The position numbers and the translations under genes are program-made. Shown here piece by piece: positions 19,171 through 29,595 of a stretch of DNA of 42,230 bases; position 1 is the stretch's first letter, and every line of letters begins with the position of its first letter. Origin of the DNA: Chloroflexota bacterium (lineage in GTDB: Bacteria > Chloroflexota > UBA11872 > VXNJ01); contig CAUYYU010000002.1 in the NCBI GenBank assembly GCA_963577415.1, forward strand, positions 1-42,230, written 5' to 3'. The notes beneath the pieces were generated by a model. It was given only the letters and a program-made list of their open reading frames with translations, was not told where the DNA came from and ran no database searches.

Positions 19171-19735
19171 CAGTCTGTCCTTTCGCCGCGAGGCGGTCCC
19201 GCAATTTGCCGACGGCCCGGTAGATGATCACGCCCACATTTGCTGTCGCTCAACCCGGTCATTTCGGTGATTCGACGATTACCCATCCGGGCGCCGAACT
19301 TCAACCCCAGCACGTCGCGCTCGCGTTCGCTGAGTCCGGCGACGGCCTCGAGCAATTCCCGTCTCGATTCATCGGCCTCCATCATTTCGGGCGGCCCCGG
19401 CGCATCGTCTGAGCGCTCTCCAAGCACGTCGAGAGACAACCAGCGCCGCCGTTGGCGAGAGCGGTAGTAATCGGTGCTGCCGTTGCGGGCGATGGCGAAT
19501 AGCCAGGCCGGAAATGGCGCCTTCGCCGGGTTGTAGGTGTGTAGTTTTTTAAGGCGCGCTCAAATACTCCCGAGGTCACGTCATCGGTCACCGGCGAGGA
19601 ATCAACCCGGTAGCGGACGTAATTCCAGATTCCCGGGAATTAGTGATCGTAGAGATCGGCGAAGGCAGCCGGATCTACCAGTGCTTGCCGCACGAGCGTG
19701 GGTTCGCTCGGCAACGTTGCGCTGGCGTATTCCAT
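19163..19735 (-). pseudogene. ECF (sigma-70 family) sigma factor with 1 in-frame TAA and 2 frameshifts
   Basis: MEYASATL...AFADLYDH*FPGIWNYVRYRV...VFERALKN, then a shift at the T6 run 19545-19550, then LHTYNPAKAPFPAWLFAIARNGSTDYYRSRQRRRW...LSERERDVLGLKFGARMGNRRITEMTGLS, then a shift at about 19245, then TANVGVIIYRAVGKLRDRLAAKGQTGD*. The TAA is at 19640-19642. Confidence 0.8.
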
Positions 19736-19957
19736 ACTTGTTCCTTTGCCCGGGCTCGCGTGACTACTGCCCACGTAGAGACTACGCGCCAACCCCGAAT
19801 CCATTACAGATGCGCCGGCCACTCGGCGATCACGGCCCCTATCGACCTGTCTGCCACGAGCGGATCGGCACGCAAAATTGACCTGCCAACCGGGCATCCC
19901 GGGCGAGCCGTACCGCGGTCACATCGCGGGACGGCCGCACGGCGGGAATGGGGGCGG

Positions 19958-21229
19958 CTAGGCCGACTCGGCCTCGTCTTCCACGGCCGATTCGCTCCGC
20001 GTGACCAGCAAAGGCGGGACCTTGTTGCGCACCACGTCGGCGTTCACCACGACTTTAATCACATCCGGTCGGGACGGGACCAGATACATCGTGTCAAGCA
20101 ACAGGTCCTCAAGAACCGTGCGCAGTCCGCGGGCTCCGATTTTCAATAACATGGCCTTCTCCGCCACCAGTTGCAGGGCGCCACGGGTGAACTGAAGCTC
20201 CACATGGTCGAGGCCGAGCAGCTTCTGGTACTGGCGCGTCAAGGCGTTGCGCGGTTCCGTGAGAATGCGAGTCAGGGCCTTCTTGTCCAGCTCATGGAGG
20301 GCAGCCACCACCGGCAACCGGCCCACGAACTCAGGGATCAAACCGTATTTCATGAGGTCTTCGGCCATCACGTCGTCCAGAGCGTCCTCGGATGACTCAT
20401 CGTCGGGGTCGGCGGTGACAAACCCGATTCCGACGCCCCGTCCGGTCCGGCGCCGGATGATGGTCTGTAGGCCCTCGAACGCCCCGCCGCAAATGAACAG
20501 GATGTCGCTGGTGTCGAACTGGATAAATTCCTGATGCGGGTGCTTGCGTCCGCCCTGGGGCGGGACGTTCACCACCGCACCCTCGATGATCTTGAGCAGC
20601 GCCTGCTGGACACCCTCGCCCGAGACGTCGCGGGTTATGGAGGGGTTTTCAGCCTTCCGCGCGATCTTATCGATCTCGTCGATGTAGATGATTCCCATCT
20701 GGGCGTGCGGAATGTCGTAGTCGGCCGCCTGAATGAGACGCAGGAGGATGTTCTCCACGTCCTCACCGACGTAACCGGCCTCGGTGAGGGCCGTGGCGTC
20801 AACTATGGAGAACGGCACGTCCAGCATGCGGGCCAGCGTGCGGGCCAATTCAGTCTTCCCACATCCGGTGGGCCCGATGAGCAGAATGTTGCTCTTTTGC
20901 AGTTCCACATCGTCAAGGCGCGCGCCGCTGGCGACCCGCTTGTAATGGTTGTACACGGCCACCGAAACGATACGCTGGGCCTGCTCCTGGCCAATGATGT
21001 AATCGCTCAGGTGGTTGTCGATTCGCTCCGGCGTCGGCGGAGTACCGGTGAACGACTGCGCGGGCGCGGCTTCGCCCTGCTCTTCGCGAATTATGTCGCG
21101 ACAAAGATCGACGCATTCATCGCAGATGTACACACCGCCGGAGCCGGCGATCAATCGCCGCACCTGGTCCTGCGTTTTTCCGCAGAACGAGCAGCGGTAG
21201 GTAGTTTGATTGGTTTTTCGGGAAGCCAT
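19958..21229 (-). CDS. clpX: ATP-dependent Clp protease ATP-binding subunit ClpX
   Basis: Zn-finger CSFCGK...CDEC, Walker A GPTGCGKT, and IIYIDEIDK. Confidence 0.95.
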   Translation of the reverse strand: MASRKTNQTTYRCSFCGKTQDQVRRLIAGSGGVYICDECVDLCRDIIREEQGEAAPAQSFTGTPPTPERIDNHLSDYIIGQEQAQRIVSVAVYNHYKRVASGARLDDVELQKSNILLIGPTGCGKTELARTLARMLDVPFSIVDATALTEAGYVGEDVENILLRLIQAADYDIPHAQMGIIYIDEIDKIARKAENPSITRDVSGEGVQQALLKIIEGAVVNVPPQGGRKHPHQEFIQFDTSDILFICGGAFEGLQTIIRRRTGRGVGIGFVTADPDDESSEDALDDVMAEDLMKYGLIPEFVGRLPVVAALHELDKKALTRILTEPRNALTRQYQKLLGLDHVELQFTRGALQLVAEKAMLLKIGARGLRTVLEDLLLDTMYLVPSRPDVIKVVVNADVVRNKVPPLLVTRSESAVEDEAESA

Positions 21230-21302
21230 GGAGACCTAGCCTAGCGCCCGCGTCAATTCGGCCGGCGCGGGTATCGCAGCTTGAGATTCGGTCATGAAGC
21301 GC

Positions 21303-21896
21303 TCAGCTTTGATGCTTCTCAACAATTTGATCGATGATGCCGTACTCAAGCGCCTCCTCGGCATTCATCCAGAAGTTACGCTCGGTGTCATGGGCGATCT
21401 TCTCGGGAGCCTGGCCGGTGTGCTTGACCAACACCTGTTCGAGCCGATCGCGCATCCGGATAATTTCACGCGATTCGATGTCGACGTCGGCCGCCGCCGT
21501 GCCCGGGGGAAGCCCCATCATCGGCTGGTGGATCATGATCCGTCCGGACGGAAGGGCGAAGCGCTTTCCCTTGGTGCCGCCCGTCAGAATCAGCGCCCCC
21601 ATGCTCGCCGCTATGCCCAGGCAAACGGTCTGGATATCCGGCTCGACGTACTGCATCGTGTCGTAGATGGCCATGCCCGAGTCGACGTCGCCCCCGGGCG
21701 TGTTGATGTACATGCTGATGTCGCGCTCCGGATCCTCGCTCTGCAGAAGCAGAAGCTGAGCGACGACGGTGTTGGCGGCGAATCGGTTGATTTCCCCGCC
21801 AACGAACATCACGCGATCGCGAAGCAGCCTCGAGTAGATGTCCATCCCGCGTTCGCCGCGGTCGGTGGTTTCAATTACGTTCGGTACCAGTGCCAT
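21303..21896 (-). CDS. clpP: ATP-dependent Clp protease proteolytic subunit ClpP (Ser-His-Asn variant)
   Basis: GIAASMG (Ser), MIHQP (His), and DTERNFW where the family has DT[DE]RD (catalytic Asp). The codon is aac at 21375-21377. Confidence 0.9.
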   Translation of the reverse strand: MALVPNVIETTDRGERGMDIYSRLLRDRVMFVGGEINRFAANTVVAQLLLLQSEDPERDISMYINTPGGDVDSGMAIYDTMQYVEPDIQTVCLGIAASMGALILTGGTKGKRFALPSGRIMIHQPMMGLPPGTAAADVDIESREIIRMRDRLEQVLVKHTGQAPEKIAHDTERNFWMNAEEALEYGIIDQIVEKHQS

Positions 21897-21954
21897 GGTT
21901 CATACCTTTCCTAGCCGGCGACCGTTGCCGTCCGGCGGAATCCGGGAAATATCC

Positions 21955-23316
21955 TCAGCCGTCCTCTTTTTCAATTTCGGGTTCGGACTCTGTTCCTTCA
22001 GACTCGACGTCCGCTTCTTCGGCGGAGGTCAATAACTCTTCCATCAGGGCGTCAATCGCTCTGCGTTCCCGCAGGCTCGACTCCATTCGTTCGCGACCGT
22101 CGTTAGCCAGGTAGTGCTCCCGCATCGCCTGACGATCTTGACCGGGAAACCGCTCCATCAACCGGTCCAATTCCGCATCCACGTCCTCTTCACCGATGGT
22201 GATTTCCCGCTGCTCCGCAAATGCCTCCAATAGCAGGGTGTTTCGCACTTGCCGTTCAGCCTCTTCCATTGCCTCGTCATGGAATCTGTCCTGGGAAGAT
22301 CCTATAGACCCCAAGTACGTGTCCAGCGCCATCCCCTGTGCGGTCAACCGCTGCGACTGCTCCTCCATGACCGCATGCGCCTGCCGGTGGACGACGACCT
22401 CCGGCACCTCGAACGTGCTCCGGTCGACTACCAGGTCCAGAGCAGACCGCTCCAGCTCGCGCCTCGCGGCGGCCTCACGCTCCTCCAGGAGCCGCCGGTG
22501 GACATCGGCTTTGAGTTCCTCAGCTGTTTCAAATTCAGACACGAGCGCCGCGAACTCGTCGTCAAGTTCCGGAACGTCCCGCTGGTTGATGCCGTTCAAC
22601 TCGACCCGAAATTGGGCGGATTTACCGCGCATGCTTTCGTCGGGATGGGCGTCCTCGAAAGTGAGTTCGAATTCGCGCACGTCGCCCGGCTTCATTTCGG
22701 TGACCGCCTCGTCGAAACCTTCGGGAAAACCGTTGCCGCCGATGACCACCGTGATCTCGGCATCGCCCATCTGGTTCACGTCGTCGACAAGCATCTTGAT
22801 CACCGCGGCCGCCAGATCGTCCTCCTGCAGCCCCCTGCCCTCGACCGGCTTGCTCTCAGCCCGGCTCTCACGCAGTTGCCGCAGGGTATTTTCGACATCC
22901 TCATCGTCCAGCTCAACCGGGTCTTCGGTCAGCACGACAGACGAGAAGTCCCCGAGCTCCACGGTCGGGCGCAGCGGCACCGTGGCGGTGAAGACGACCG
23001 GCGTCTCGAACGTAAGCTCCTCGTCATCCGCAAAGTTGATGTCCGGCTGGTCGATGGCGAAAAGATCCTCGGCTTTGAGAGCGTTCGAATACGACGCTGG
23101 AACCATTTTTTCAACGGCTTCACTGATAATCGCCGACCGGCCAAACATGTTCTCCACGATATTGACCGGGGCTTTGCCGGGCCTGAAACCGGGGATTCGG
23201 GTCCGCGAGGAGATGCGCCGGGCGGCGCGGCCGTACTCCTTTTGCAGCTCCGGGACCGAGAGTTCCACGGTCAACTTCGCCATTCCGTCGCCGATTCGTT
23301 CGCTGGACGTAATCAA
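21955..23316 (-). CDS. tig: Trigger factor
   Basis: 453 aa. The N-terminus has GFRPGKAP, followed by a PPIase-like middle and an acidic C-terminal tail. Synteny is tig-clpP-clpX. Confidence 0.9.
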   Translation of the reverse strand: MITSSERIGDGMAKLTVELSVPELQKEYGRAARRISSRTRIPGFRPGKAPVNIVENMFGRSAIISEAVEKMVPASYSNALKAEDLFAIDQPDINFADDEELTFETPVVFTATVPLRPTVELGDFSSVVLTEDPVELDDEDVENTLRQLRESRAESKPVEGRGLQEDDLAAAVIKMLVDDVNQMGDAEITVVIGGNGFPEGFDEAVTEMKPGDVREFELTFEDAHPDESMRGKSAQFRVELNGINQRDVPELDDEFAALVSEFETAEELKADVHRRLLEEREAAARRELERSALDLVVDRSTFEVPEVVVHRQAHAVMEEQSQRLTAQGMALDTYLGSIGSSQDRFHDEAMEEAERQVRNTLLLEAFAEQREITIGEEDVDAELDRLMERFPGQDRQAMREHYLANDGRERMESSLRERRAIDALMEELLTSAEEADVESEGTESEPEIEKEDG

Positions 23317-23385
23317 GGGTTGAGCAGTTCCTCATCTGGAGCACGATGGGTAGCGGTGTTCACCACCCGCAATTTCCGAAAGAAA

Positions 23386-23408
23386 AAGGACTCCCCGGTC
23401 GAGTCCTT
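23386..23408 (-). terminator. Intrinsic terminator just downstream of the tRNA-Gly fragment
   Basis: aaggactc-cccggtc-gagtcctt. On the minus strand it is followed by tttctttc. Confidence 0.6.
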
Positions 23409-23432
23409 CCGGCCCCAAACCAGTCAGGGTCC

Positions 23433-23478
23433 TGGAGCGGAAGACGGGATTCAAACCCGCGACCCTCTCCTTGGCAAG
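23433..23478 (-). repeat. Truncated tRNA-Gly (3' 46 nt, anticodon loop to CCA); direct repeat of 30204-30249
   Basis: 44/46 identity with the 3' part of the intact tRNA-Gly, in the same orientation. The upstream sequence (tatatggggg...) cannot form the anticodon stem, D arm or acceptor stem. Confidence 0.8.
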
Positions 23479-24157
23479 TATATGGGGGTAGGCGCTGTGC
23501 CTGCCAGTGAAGAGCCCCAAGCGAAACCAGTCCAGTTATCGTGTGAACTCCAGCGATGACGAGAGGCTGACTTGGATCGTCAGCCCGCTTGCCAGCATTG
23601 CGGGCGGCGGTCTCACCCCGGGACACAAGCCCTCAACGTTTCGAGCCAGTCGATGAAGGATCCGGCAGCCATCTCCCAGCGGAGAAGCAGCTCCCTATCG
23701 ACTTCGATCTCTCGCTTGTTCCTCCTGAAATAGGCGCGGCCTTCGTGCGTAACTTTGTTGCGTGCCCGATCATTGCTCCGGACTTCAGATCGCTGAGCGG
23801 GATATGTTCAGCGGCCCGCTGGGATTGGCCGCCGGCTGGCGCTCGTGGCCGCGACCTCCGCCAGCTTTCCCGCTGTCGCAGCAGTAATTCGGCTCAGGAG
23901 GGGATTTGCCGTATGTCCGTCGTTCTACCCCCAATCTAACGACTCAATCTCGAGGGGCGAATCTAAGTATGCAGATACCGGATGAGCGCGCTTGAGCGCG
24001 CTGCGATCGGGGTTGTTCGCCACCGGATCATGAAAACGAAGTACAACCGCGGAAACGCTATTCTCGCGGCGACCCGATGCGTTCCAGGTGCTCCGACGCA
24101 CCTTCCAATCGGCGTCGCCTGGGAACAAATCCCTTGATGCGAGACCGCTGGGGGCGT

Positions 24158-26962
24158 TCATTCGTAATCTGACCGCTCCAAGCCTCGCGAGAGCCCCGTG
24201 AGAGCAGGCAGCCGGCGGCGCAACGGCGATGATCCGGCAACCAGTCCCAGCACGATCAGCAAGGCGGTGACGGATGAGATCACCACCCCGACCCCAAATG
24301 AAGCCGGTTCGAACCGGATCTCGATTTCCATCTGTTCTCCCGGCGGAAGGATGAATCCATTGATCGCGCCGTTCGCCAGGGTCGCCGATTTCGTCATGGA
24401 AGGGGTCTTCGCTATCCAGCCCGGAAAGTGGATTGTGGCCAGATTCACGATCCGGTACCGATTTGAGGCACCGACGAGCAATCGATGACCGAGCGGGTCC
24501 GAACTAAGTTCCGTGACGTCCGTGACCGGCTGCATCGATGCGGTCGATACATCGATCAATTGCTCCACCGCTCCGGGGTTGTCGATTCGCGCGTGGGGCA
24601 AAACGCGACCTGAGCTACTGGCGAAGACGGCATTCTCGGCGACTCGCGATAGGCAGCTGGAGCCGACAAGCACTCCGTAATATCCGTCCAGATCAGCCGG
24701 GTGCAGGTCACTCGCACAATCCTTCTCGCCGGATAGAACGGTAGTGCTCACCGGGTCGAAGGTGTCCGTCAGAAATAGTTCCTGCACTTCGCGCCCACCA
24801 AGATCGGCAGCCTCCGAACCGACGAGATGCAGAATGGCCAACGCGGAGCCATACACCCGCGACCCGACGAACGGATTCAGCAGAATGACGCCATCGGACC
24901 CGCGCCAGATCTCATCACCGATACCGCCGAACCCGGCTTCGTCGGTGGGGCCGAGAGCGAGATACCGAACATTCAGATTGCCCAGAAGCCGCAGCTTGCG
25001 AACCACTGAATCTTCAGCGGGTAAGAGTACCGGATCCAGAGGATAGGTAGGTCCCAATCCCGGCTTTTCAAGCCAACCGTATCCGTACAGAGTTTGCATT
25101 CCATGGTTGCCGAAACTGGCGATCTCAATCCCATACCGGGTGGCTGTGACCGGGTGGAGCAGAAAGTTGCTGTGAAGTTCGATGCCCACTCCAAAACGGC
25201 CGGCACCAAATCCATCCCGCGCGCTGACTGCCGCGGCGGCGCCGGTAATGTTCACCGGCGCAACGCCGGCCAGGGCAAGCGGCTCTCCCATTCCAGTTGA
25301 TCTGTTTTCTATGGCCGTCACCAATTGGCCGCCCGAATCGGCAAACGCGATTGGTAGGACTGAGCCAAGTTGCTGTTGGGTGACAACGTCATCCAGCCGC
25401 AGGAGCACTTGTCCGCCCTCGGTGGTCCCGGGAGATTTGAGTTCCAGCTGGATGGTCCGGCGCTCTCCTGATCTGGCCTCTAGGATCACTGGCTGAAGAA
25501 GATTCCGTCCATCTTCGTCCACCAGCCGCACCCGCAAGTCCCGGGTGGCTCTGTGCTCTCCCTCCCAAATCATCACGCCTTGCAGACTGATCGTGGTTAC
25601 TCCCTGGGCGGTCCTCAAAGCTGGAGGAGACCGCAGAACCACCGCCGGGCCGACTTCCGCGGCTGGGAACGGCCGGTCGATCGCGCGCTCCATCGCCCGG
25701 TGGGTGCTCACGCCCGCGAGGCCGACGGCCGCGAGGACCAGCCCCAATGCGAGGCCGGGTACTACCCTCGTCGTCCCTCGCCAGCGACCCCCAACCCAAC
25801 GCACGCCCCCGTGGAGTCCGAACGCAGCCAGGAGCGGAAGCGCAAGGTACGTGAGTTCCAGCATGCGCGGCAGTGTGGTGTTGAATCTGAAATTCGGCAG
25901 CACGTAGTAGAAGATGGCGTACAAGTCGATCGGGGCTCGATTCCCGAGCGACGCCCAGATGCCGATGACGCCGCTCAGCCCGAGAAAGAGGGCGATGCGC
26001 CTCGGAGCGAACACGAGGCCCAACAGTGCAAGCAGCAGAATTGGCAGGGCCCAGGCCGTAAACACGGGCGACTCCGCTTGATCGAGGACGGTGTTGAGAA
26101 CGAACCCGAGCGTCGGTACCTGGGAAGGGTCTTCGATCTGCTCAAGCGAAATGATGCCTCGAGTGCTGATTGGTGTGTATTCGGAAATCGGCAACACCCG
26201 CGCTGCGGATAACCCCAGGCTGACGGCAGCCACCAGTAGACCGGCGCCGAGCACAAAGACGAGGCGCTGTCTGATCGCTTGACGAAACCAGCGACCGACA
26301 ACGGCATGGGATACGAATAGGGCACCCATCATCAAGAGTATGAAGTGGAGCATATACACGGTTGCCGCAAATATCGCGGCCGCCAATGCCACCCCCGCCA
26401 GGATGAGGTACCGCCAGCTCCGACGCTCAAGACCCAGCCACAACATCGCTATCGCCAGAGGCATCCAGACGCGACCGAACACCGGGTGTACAACACCCAG
26501 GCCCACGACCCAGTGCATGTGTGCGCTGAACACGTAGCCGACCGGCGCGAGAGACGACCACGCCGGCCGGATTCCTAACGCGCGCGCCAGCCCATAGGTG
26601 GCCCAGACCGCCAGCAGTAGGTGTCCAAAGATGACCCAGCGTAGTCCCTGGAGCGCAGGAAACTCTGATAGAAAGGCGGCATAGATCGGTGGATACCATT
26701 GCACGCCAAGTGGATTGGCCACCAGGGGATCGCCGGCTCCACTCCAAGCGTCCCACAGCGGGATCACACCATAACCAAGGACCAGATTCCGGGTTGCCAT
26801 CAGCGGTTGCCCGATGAAGGCCGATCCCTCACCGAACGATCGCGCCGCGTCACCTCCAACTAGTTGCCCGTAGCTGTAGGCCGTCAGTATCGCCAGTGCG
26901 GTGAGTGCGATCGTGTCCTGCCCCCATCGGCTCGCCAGGACCGACCGGAACCCGCGCGTCAT
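24158..26962 (-). CDS. Large polytopic membrane protein, YfhO/GT-C glycosyltransferase-like (934 aa)
   Basis: About 12 TM in the first 430 aa, including the motif IPLWDAWSGAGDPLVANPLGVQWYPP. A large extracytoplasmic domain and a C-terminal TM anchor follow. Confidence 0.6.
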   Translation of the reverse strand: MTRGFRSVLASRWGQDTIALTALAILTAYSYGQLVGGDAARSFGEGSAFIGQPLMATRNLVLGYGVIPLWDAWSGAGDPLVANPLGVQWYPPIYAAFLSEFPALQGLRWVIFGHLLLAVWATYGLARALGIRPAWSSLAPVGYVFSAHMHWVVGLGVVHPVFGRVWMPLAIAMLWLGLERRSWRYLILAGVALAAAIFAATVYMLHFILLMMGALFVSHAVVGRWFRQAIRQRLVFVLGAGLLVAAVSLGLSAARVLPISEYTPISTRGIISLEQIEDPSQVPTLGFVLNTVLDQAESPVFTAWALPILLLALLGLVFAPRRIALFLGLSGVIGIWASLGNRAPIDLYAIFYYVLPNFRFNTTLPRMLELTYLALPLLAAFGLHGGVRWVGGRWRGTTRVVPGLALGLVLAAVGLAGVSTHRAMERAIDRPFPAAEVGPAVVLRSPPALRTAQGVTTISLQGVMIWEGEHRATRDLRVRLVDEDGRNLLQPVILEARSGERRTIQLELKSPGTTEGGQVLLRLDDVVTQQQLGSVLPIAFADSGGQLVTAIENRSTGMGEPLALAGVAPVNITGAAAAVSARDGFGAGRFGVGIELHSNFLLHPVTATRYGIEIASFGNHGMQTLYGYGWLEKPGLGPTYPLDPVLLPAEDSVVRKLRLLGNLNVRYLALGPTDEAGFGGIGDEIWRGSDGVILLNPFVGSRVYGSALAILHLVGSEAADLGGREVQELFLTDTFDPVSTTVLSGEKDCASDLHPADLDGYYGVLVGSSCLSRVAENAVFASSSGRVLPHARIDNPGAVEQLIDVSTASMQPVTDVTELSSDPLGHRLLVGASNRYRIVNLATIHFPGWIAKTPSMTKSATLANGAINGFILPPGEQMEIEIRFEPASFGVGVVISSVTALLIVLGLVAGSSPLRRRLPALTGLSRGLERSDYE

Positions 26963-27047
26963 CGACTACGAATCGCGATCCGACCTCTCGCCTTGGAGAT
27001 CACGCCGCCGGCGTGCCGCAATCCGGGCCTGGCTGTCACTGGCCTCA

Positions 27048-29462
27048 TCAACCCGATTCCAGGCGGCGCCGACGAGTCTGTCGGAGCCCCCTAATCAACA
27101 ACACGAACGCAGCGACGGTGGACATCAGCGACACGATCGCGGCGATGCCGAACAAGGGTGGCTCGAACGAGAATCGGATGTCAAATGGCCCCCCGGCGGG
27201 CAGCATCACGCCCGCCACCAGACTGTCGGCCATGAATACCGTGGTTTCCTCGCCGTTTACGGTCGCCTTCCACCCGGGGAAGTACGTCTGGCTGAGGATC
27301 AGTGCAGCCGACTCAAACAACTCATCCACGCCAACGATGATCTCCGTCGGTGAGAAAGAGACGATTCGCGACGCTACAGCTACATCGGGCTGCTCCTGAA
27401 GTGCGCCCAGCAACTCGGACACTCGGGCCTCCGATTCCGCGGTGAGAGATTTGGGAGCATTCTCGTCAATCAGGAAGGCCCTGGAACGCCTGAACGGATT
27501 GTCGTCCTGACCGTTCACGTAATCGAGTTCTAAGATGACACCGCCTTGTGCCTGATATTCGTCCCGCACAGCGCTGGCAGCAGACTGGGAACGGGCCAAC
27601 CAGTCAGTCAAGATGACAGCCTCAAACCGATTGAGAAATTCGAGCTCATAGTCGTCGAGGTAGGGCGAGCCACCGTGGAGCACCGTGACTCCACTCGGGG
27701 AGAAGTCGTCGTGAAAAACCAGGAGACGGGCCTCGAAAGCGTTAAAGTCGGTGTCGGCGTCCGTGCCGATCAGCAGCAACGAGCGGTTGATGATCTGTGC
27801 GCGATCGCGGGCCGGAGCCGCTTCGTAAATGATGCCCCCTTCGATCGAGTATGAGTTGGACGCGGGATCAGGCGGCGCGAACTCGTACGCCCGTTCAAAT
27901 ATCAGATATCGAGTGTTGAGGATATTGAGGAGTCGATACTGTCGCCCGATTGAAACCGGCCCGGGGGCATAATCCATCATGAGCGAGTAGGAGGGCACCA
28001 TGTGGGCGTTGATCGGGTTCGTAGTATCCAATCCGTAGATGGTTGCGGCCGTGGGAGGCAGCCGGCCGGGTCCCTTCGAAAAGATGTAAGTGCTGAACGC
28101 GCGGAAACTGTGGTCTCCCTGCTCGTCATAAAAACCGGACAGAATGTCGGGAGTGGATCCTCGCTCCGGGGATGCCTGATAGGAGTCGGTTGAGACGGCG
28201 AGCGCCGCGATCCCTCGCACATGAGTGGCGCCCGCAACCAGGACCGACAGGGACGCAACTCCCACAATCGCCATCGGGGCTAGGGCAAGTCGGCGAGGGA
28301 CACGGCCGGCGGCGAATGAAAGCGCCCTCGACGCCCCGATGGCCGCCAGAATCGCGTACGCCGGATAGAACATGTTCATGAATCTAATTGTCGTGTTGTT
28401 GAAGGCGAAGCCGGGCAGGGTGCCATGAAACAACCCGTACAAGTCCACCGGCGCCCGCATTCCGAGCGACGCCCAATACCCGATCAATGCGACGAGTCCG
28501 AACGCGACGACGTCCCGACGGGGCCGCCAGAACGCGACGATCACTAGGAGTAGAACGAGTATGTTCACCGGCCCCGCCCAGACCGCTTCCAGTGGGGTGA
28601 CCGCATCGCGGGCGAGTGCCGACGCAGTGGGTATGTTTTCGAGCCCGACCTCCGCCTCCTCCAGGGAGAACCCGACCCGGGTGGAAAACCGCTGAAACTG
28701 CGTGACCGGCACCAGCTTCACGGCAGAGACGAGCGCGGTCGAAAGCAGTCCGACCCCGGCCATCAACGCGAGTCGACCAAATATCCCCCGGCGATATCTC
28801 CCCTCGGCCACGACCATCTCGCGAGCGCCGAGGACTCCAAGCACGACCGCCACCCCAAGGCCGGCAAAGTAGATGTCATATACCGTGCCCGCGATGACCA
28901 TCATCCCCAGCGTCAGTCCCGTTCCGGCCATCAGCCGAATGCTCGAGTGTCGAACCGCCAACAATGTGATCAGCCATGCCAGGGCCGTCCACGGAAGCGC
29001 CATGATTTGTCCGATCACCCCGTTGCTGATTTGCCAACCGGTATGGGCGTTCATCATGAACAATGCCGGAGCCACGAGGGCCGCCCATGGGCGAGCTCCA
29101 ACCGCTCGCGCCAACGCGTACGTCACCAGCGCCGCCGCCGTCAGGTGCGCCATCGCCATCCACCGGACTCCATCGAGCGCCGGATTGGAGGACAAGTAGG
29201 CAATTAGCGACAGCGGGTAGAACTGAGTGGCCAGTGGGTTGGCCACCAGGGCGTCGCCCGCTCCGGTCCATGGATCCCAGAGTGGCAGCTGTCCGTACAC
29301 CGTGATGATTTCCCGCGCCGCCAGCAGAGGGGTTCCGTAAAACGGAGTCGCCTCCCCGAAGGCGGCTGAAACCGGCGCGGTGACCAGCGGCGCGAATGCG
29401 ACGAACGACCCGACCAACAGCAAGGTCACGCAGGTGAAATCAGAAAGACGGTCTTGCATCAA
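27048..29462 (-). CDS. Paralogous YfhO/GT-C-like polytopic membrane protein (804 aa)
   Basis: Same architecture and motif (LPLWDPWTGAGDALVANPLATQFYP, GVRWMAMAHL vs GLRWVIFGHL). It lies in tandem with the 934-aa gene. Confidence 0.6.
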   Translation of the reverse strand: MMQDRLSDFTCVTLLLVGSFVAFAPLVTAPVSAAFGEATPFYGTPLLAAREIITVYGQLPLWDPWTGAGDALVANPLATQFYPLSLIAYLSSNPALDGVRWMAMAHLTAAALVTYALARAVGARPWAALVAPALFMMNAHTGWQISNGVIGQIMALPWTALAWLITLLAVRHSSIRLMAGTGLTLGMMVIAGTVYDIYFAGLGVAVVLGVLGAREMVVAEGRYRRGIFGRLALMAGVGLLSTALVSAVKLVPVTQFQRFSTRVGFSLEEAEVGLENIPTASALARDAVTPLEAVWAGPVNILVLLLVIVAFWRPRRDVVAFGLVALIGYWASLGMRAPVDLYGLFHGTLPGFAFNNTTIRFMNMFYPAYAILAAIGASRALSFAAGRVPRRLALAPMAIVGVASLSVLVAGATHVRGIAALAVSTDSYQASPERGSTPDILSGFYDEQGDHSFRAFSTYIFSKGPGRLPPTAATIYGLDTTNPINAHMVPSYSLMMDYAPGPVSIGRQYRLLNILNTRYLIFERAYEFAPPDPASNSYSIEGGIIYEAAPARDRAQIINRSLLLIGTDADTDFNAFEARLLVFHDDFSPSGVTVLHGGSPYLDDYELEFLNRFEAVILTDWLARSQSAASAVRDEYQAQGGVILELDYVNGQDDNPFRRSRAFLIDENAPKSLTAESEARVSELLGALQEQPDVAVASRIVSFSPTEIIVGVDELFESAALILSQTYFPGWKATVNGEETTVFMADSLVAGVMLPAGGPFDIRFSFEPPLFGIAAIVSLMSTVAAFVLLIRGLRQTRRRRLESG

Positions 29463-29595
29463 GGATCACTAGGTATTGCGATTGCGCGCGTGCCGGAATT
29501 TCGACGGCGCATTGGAACAGGGGAAATGCGTTGGGCCGCCGCAAGGATACCTTCTCTTGGGGAGCTGTTTGCTTTGGGTTTTCCCGGCGGCCAAG

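Noticed and set aside
22196-23559. Long ORFs of 375 and 436 aa lie antisense to tig. Similar long antisense ORFs lie opposite nrdJ (34139-35299), murD, clpX (20534-21244) and the HerA/DUF4349 region.
   Set aside because: Their translations are low-complexity and Arg/Ser/Pro-rich with no motifs. They mirror well-supported genes on the other strand. This is the typical artefact of high GC content.
23479-24157. I looked for an integrase, excisionase or toxin-antitoxin remnant next to the tRNA-Gly fragment.
   Set aside because: Six-frame reading gave only short ORFs, for example ...YFRRNKREIEVDRELLLRWEMAAGSFIDWLETLRA and a palindromic agcgcgct-t-gagcgcgct, with no motif I can assign. The region is left unannotated rather than guessed.
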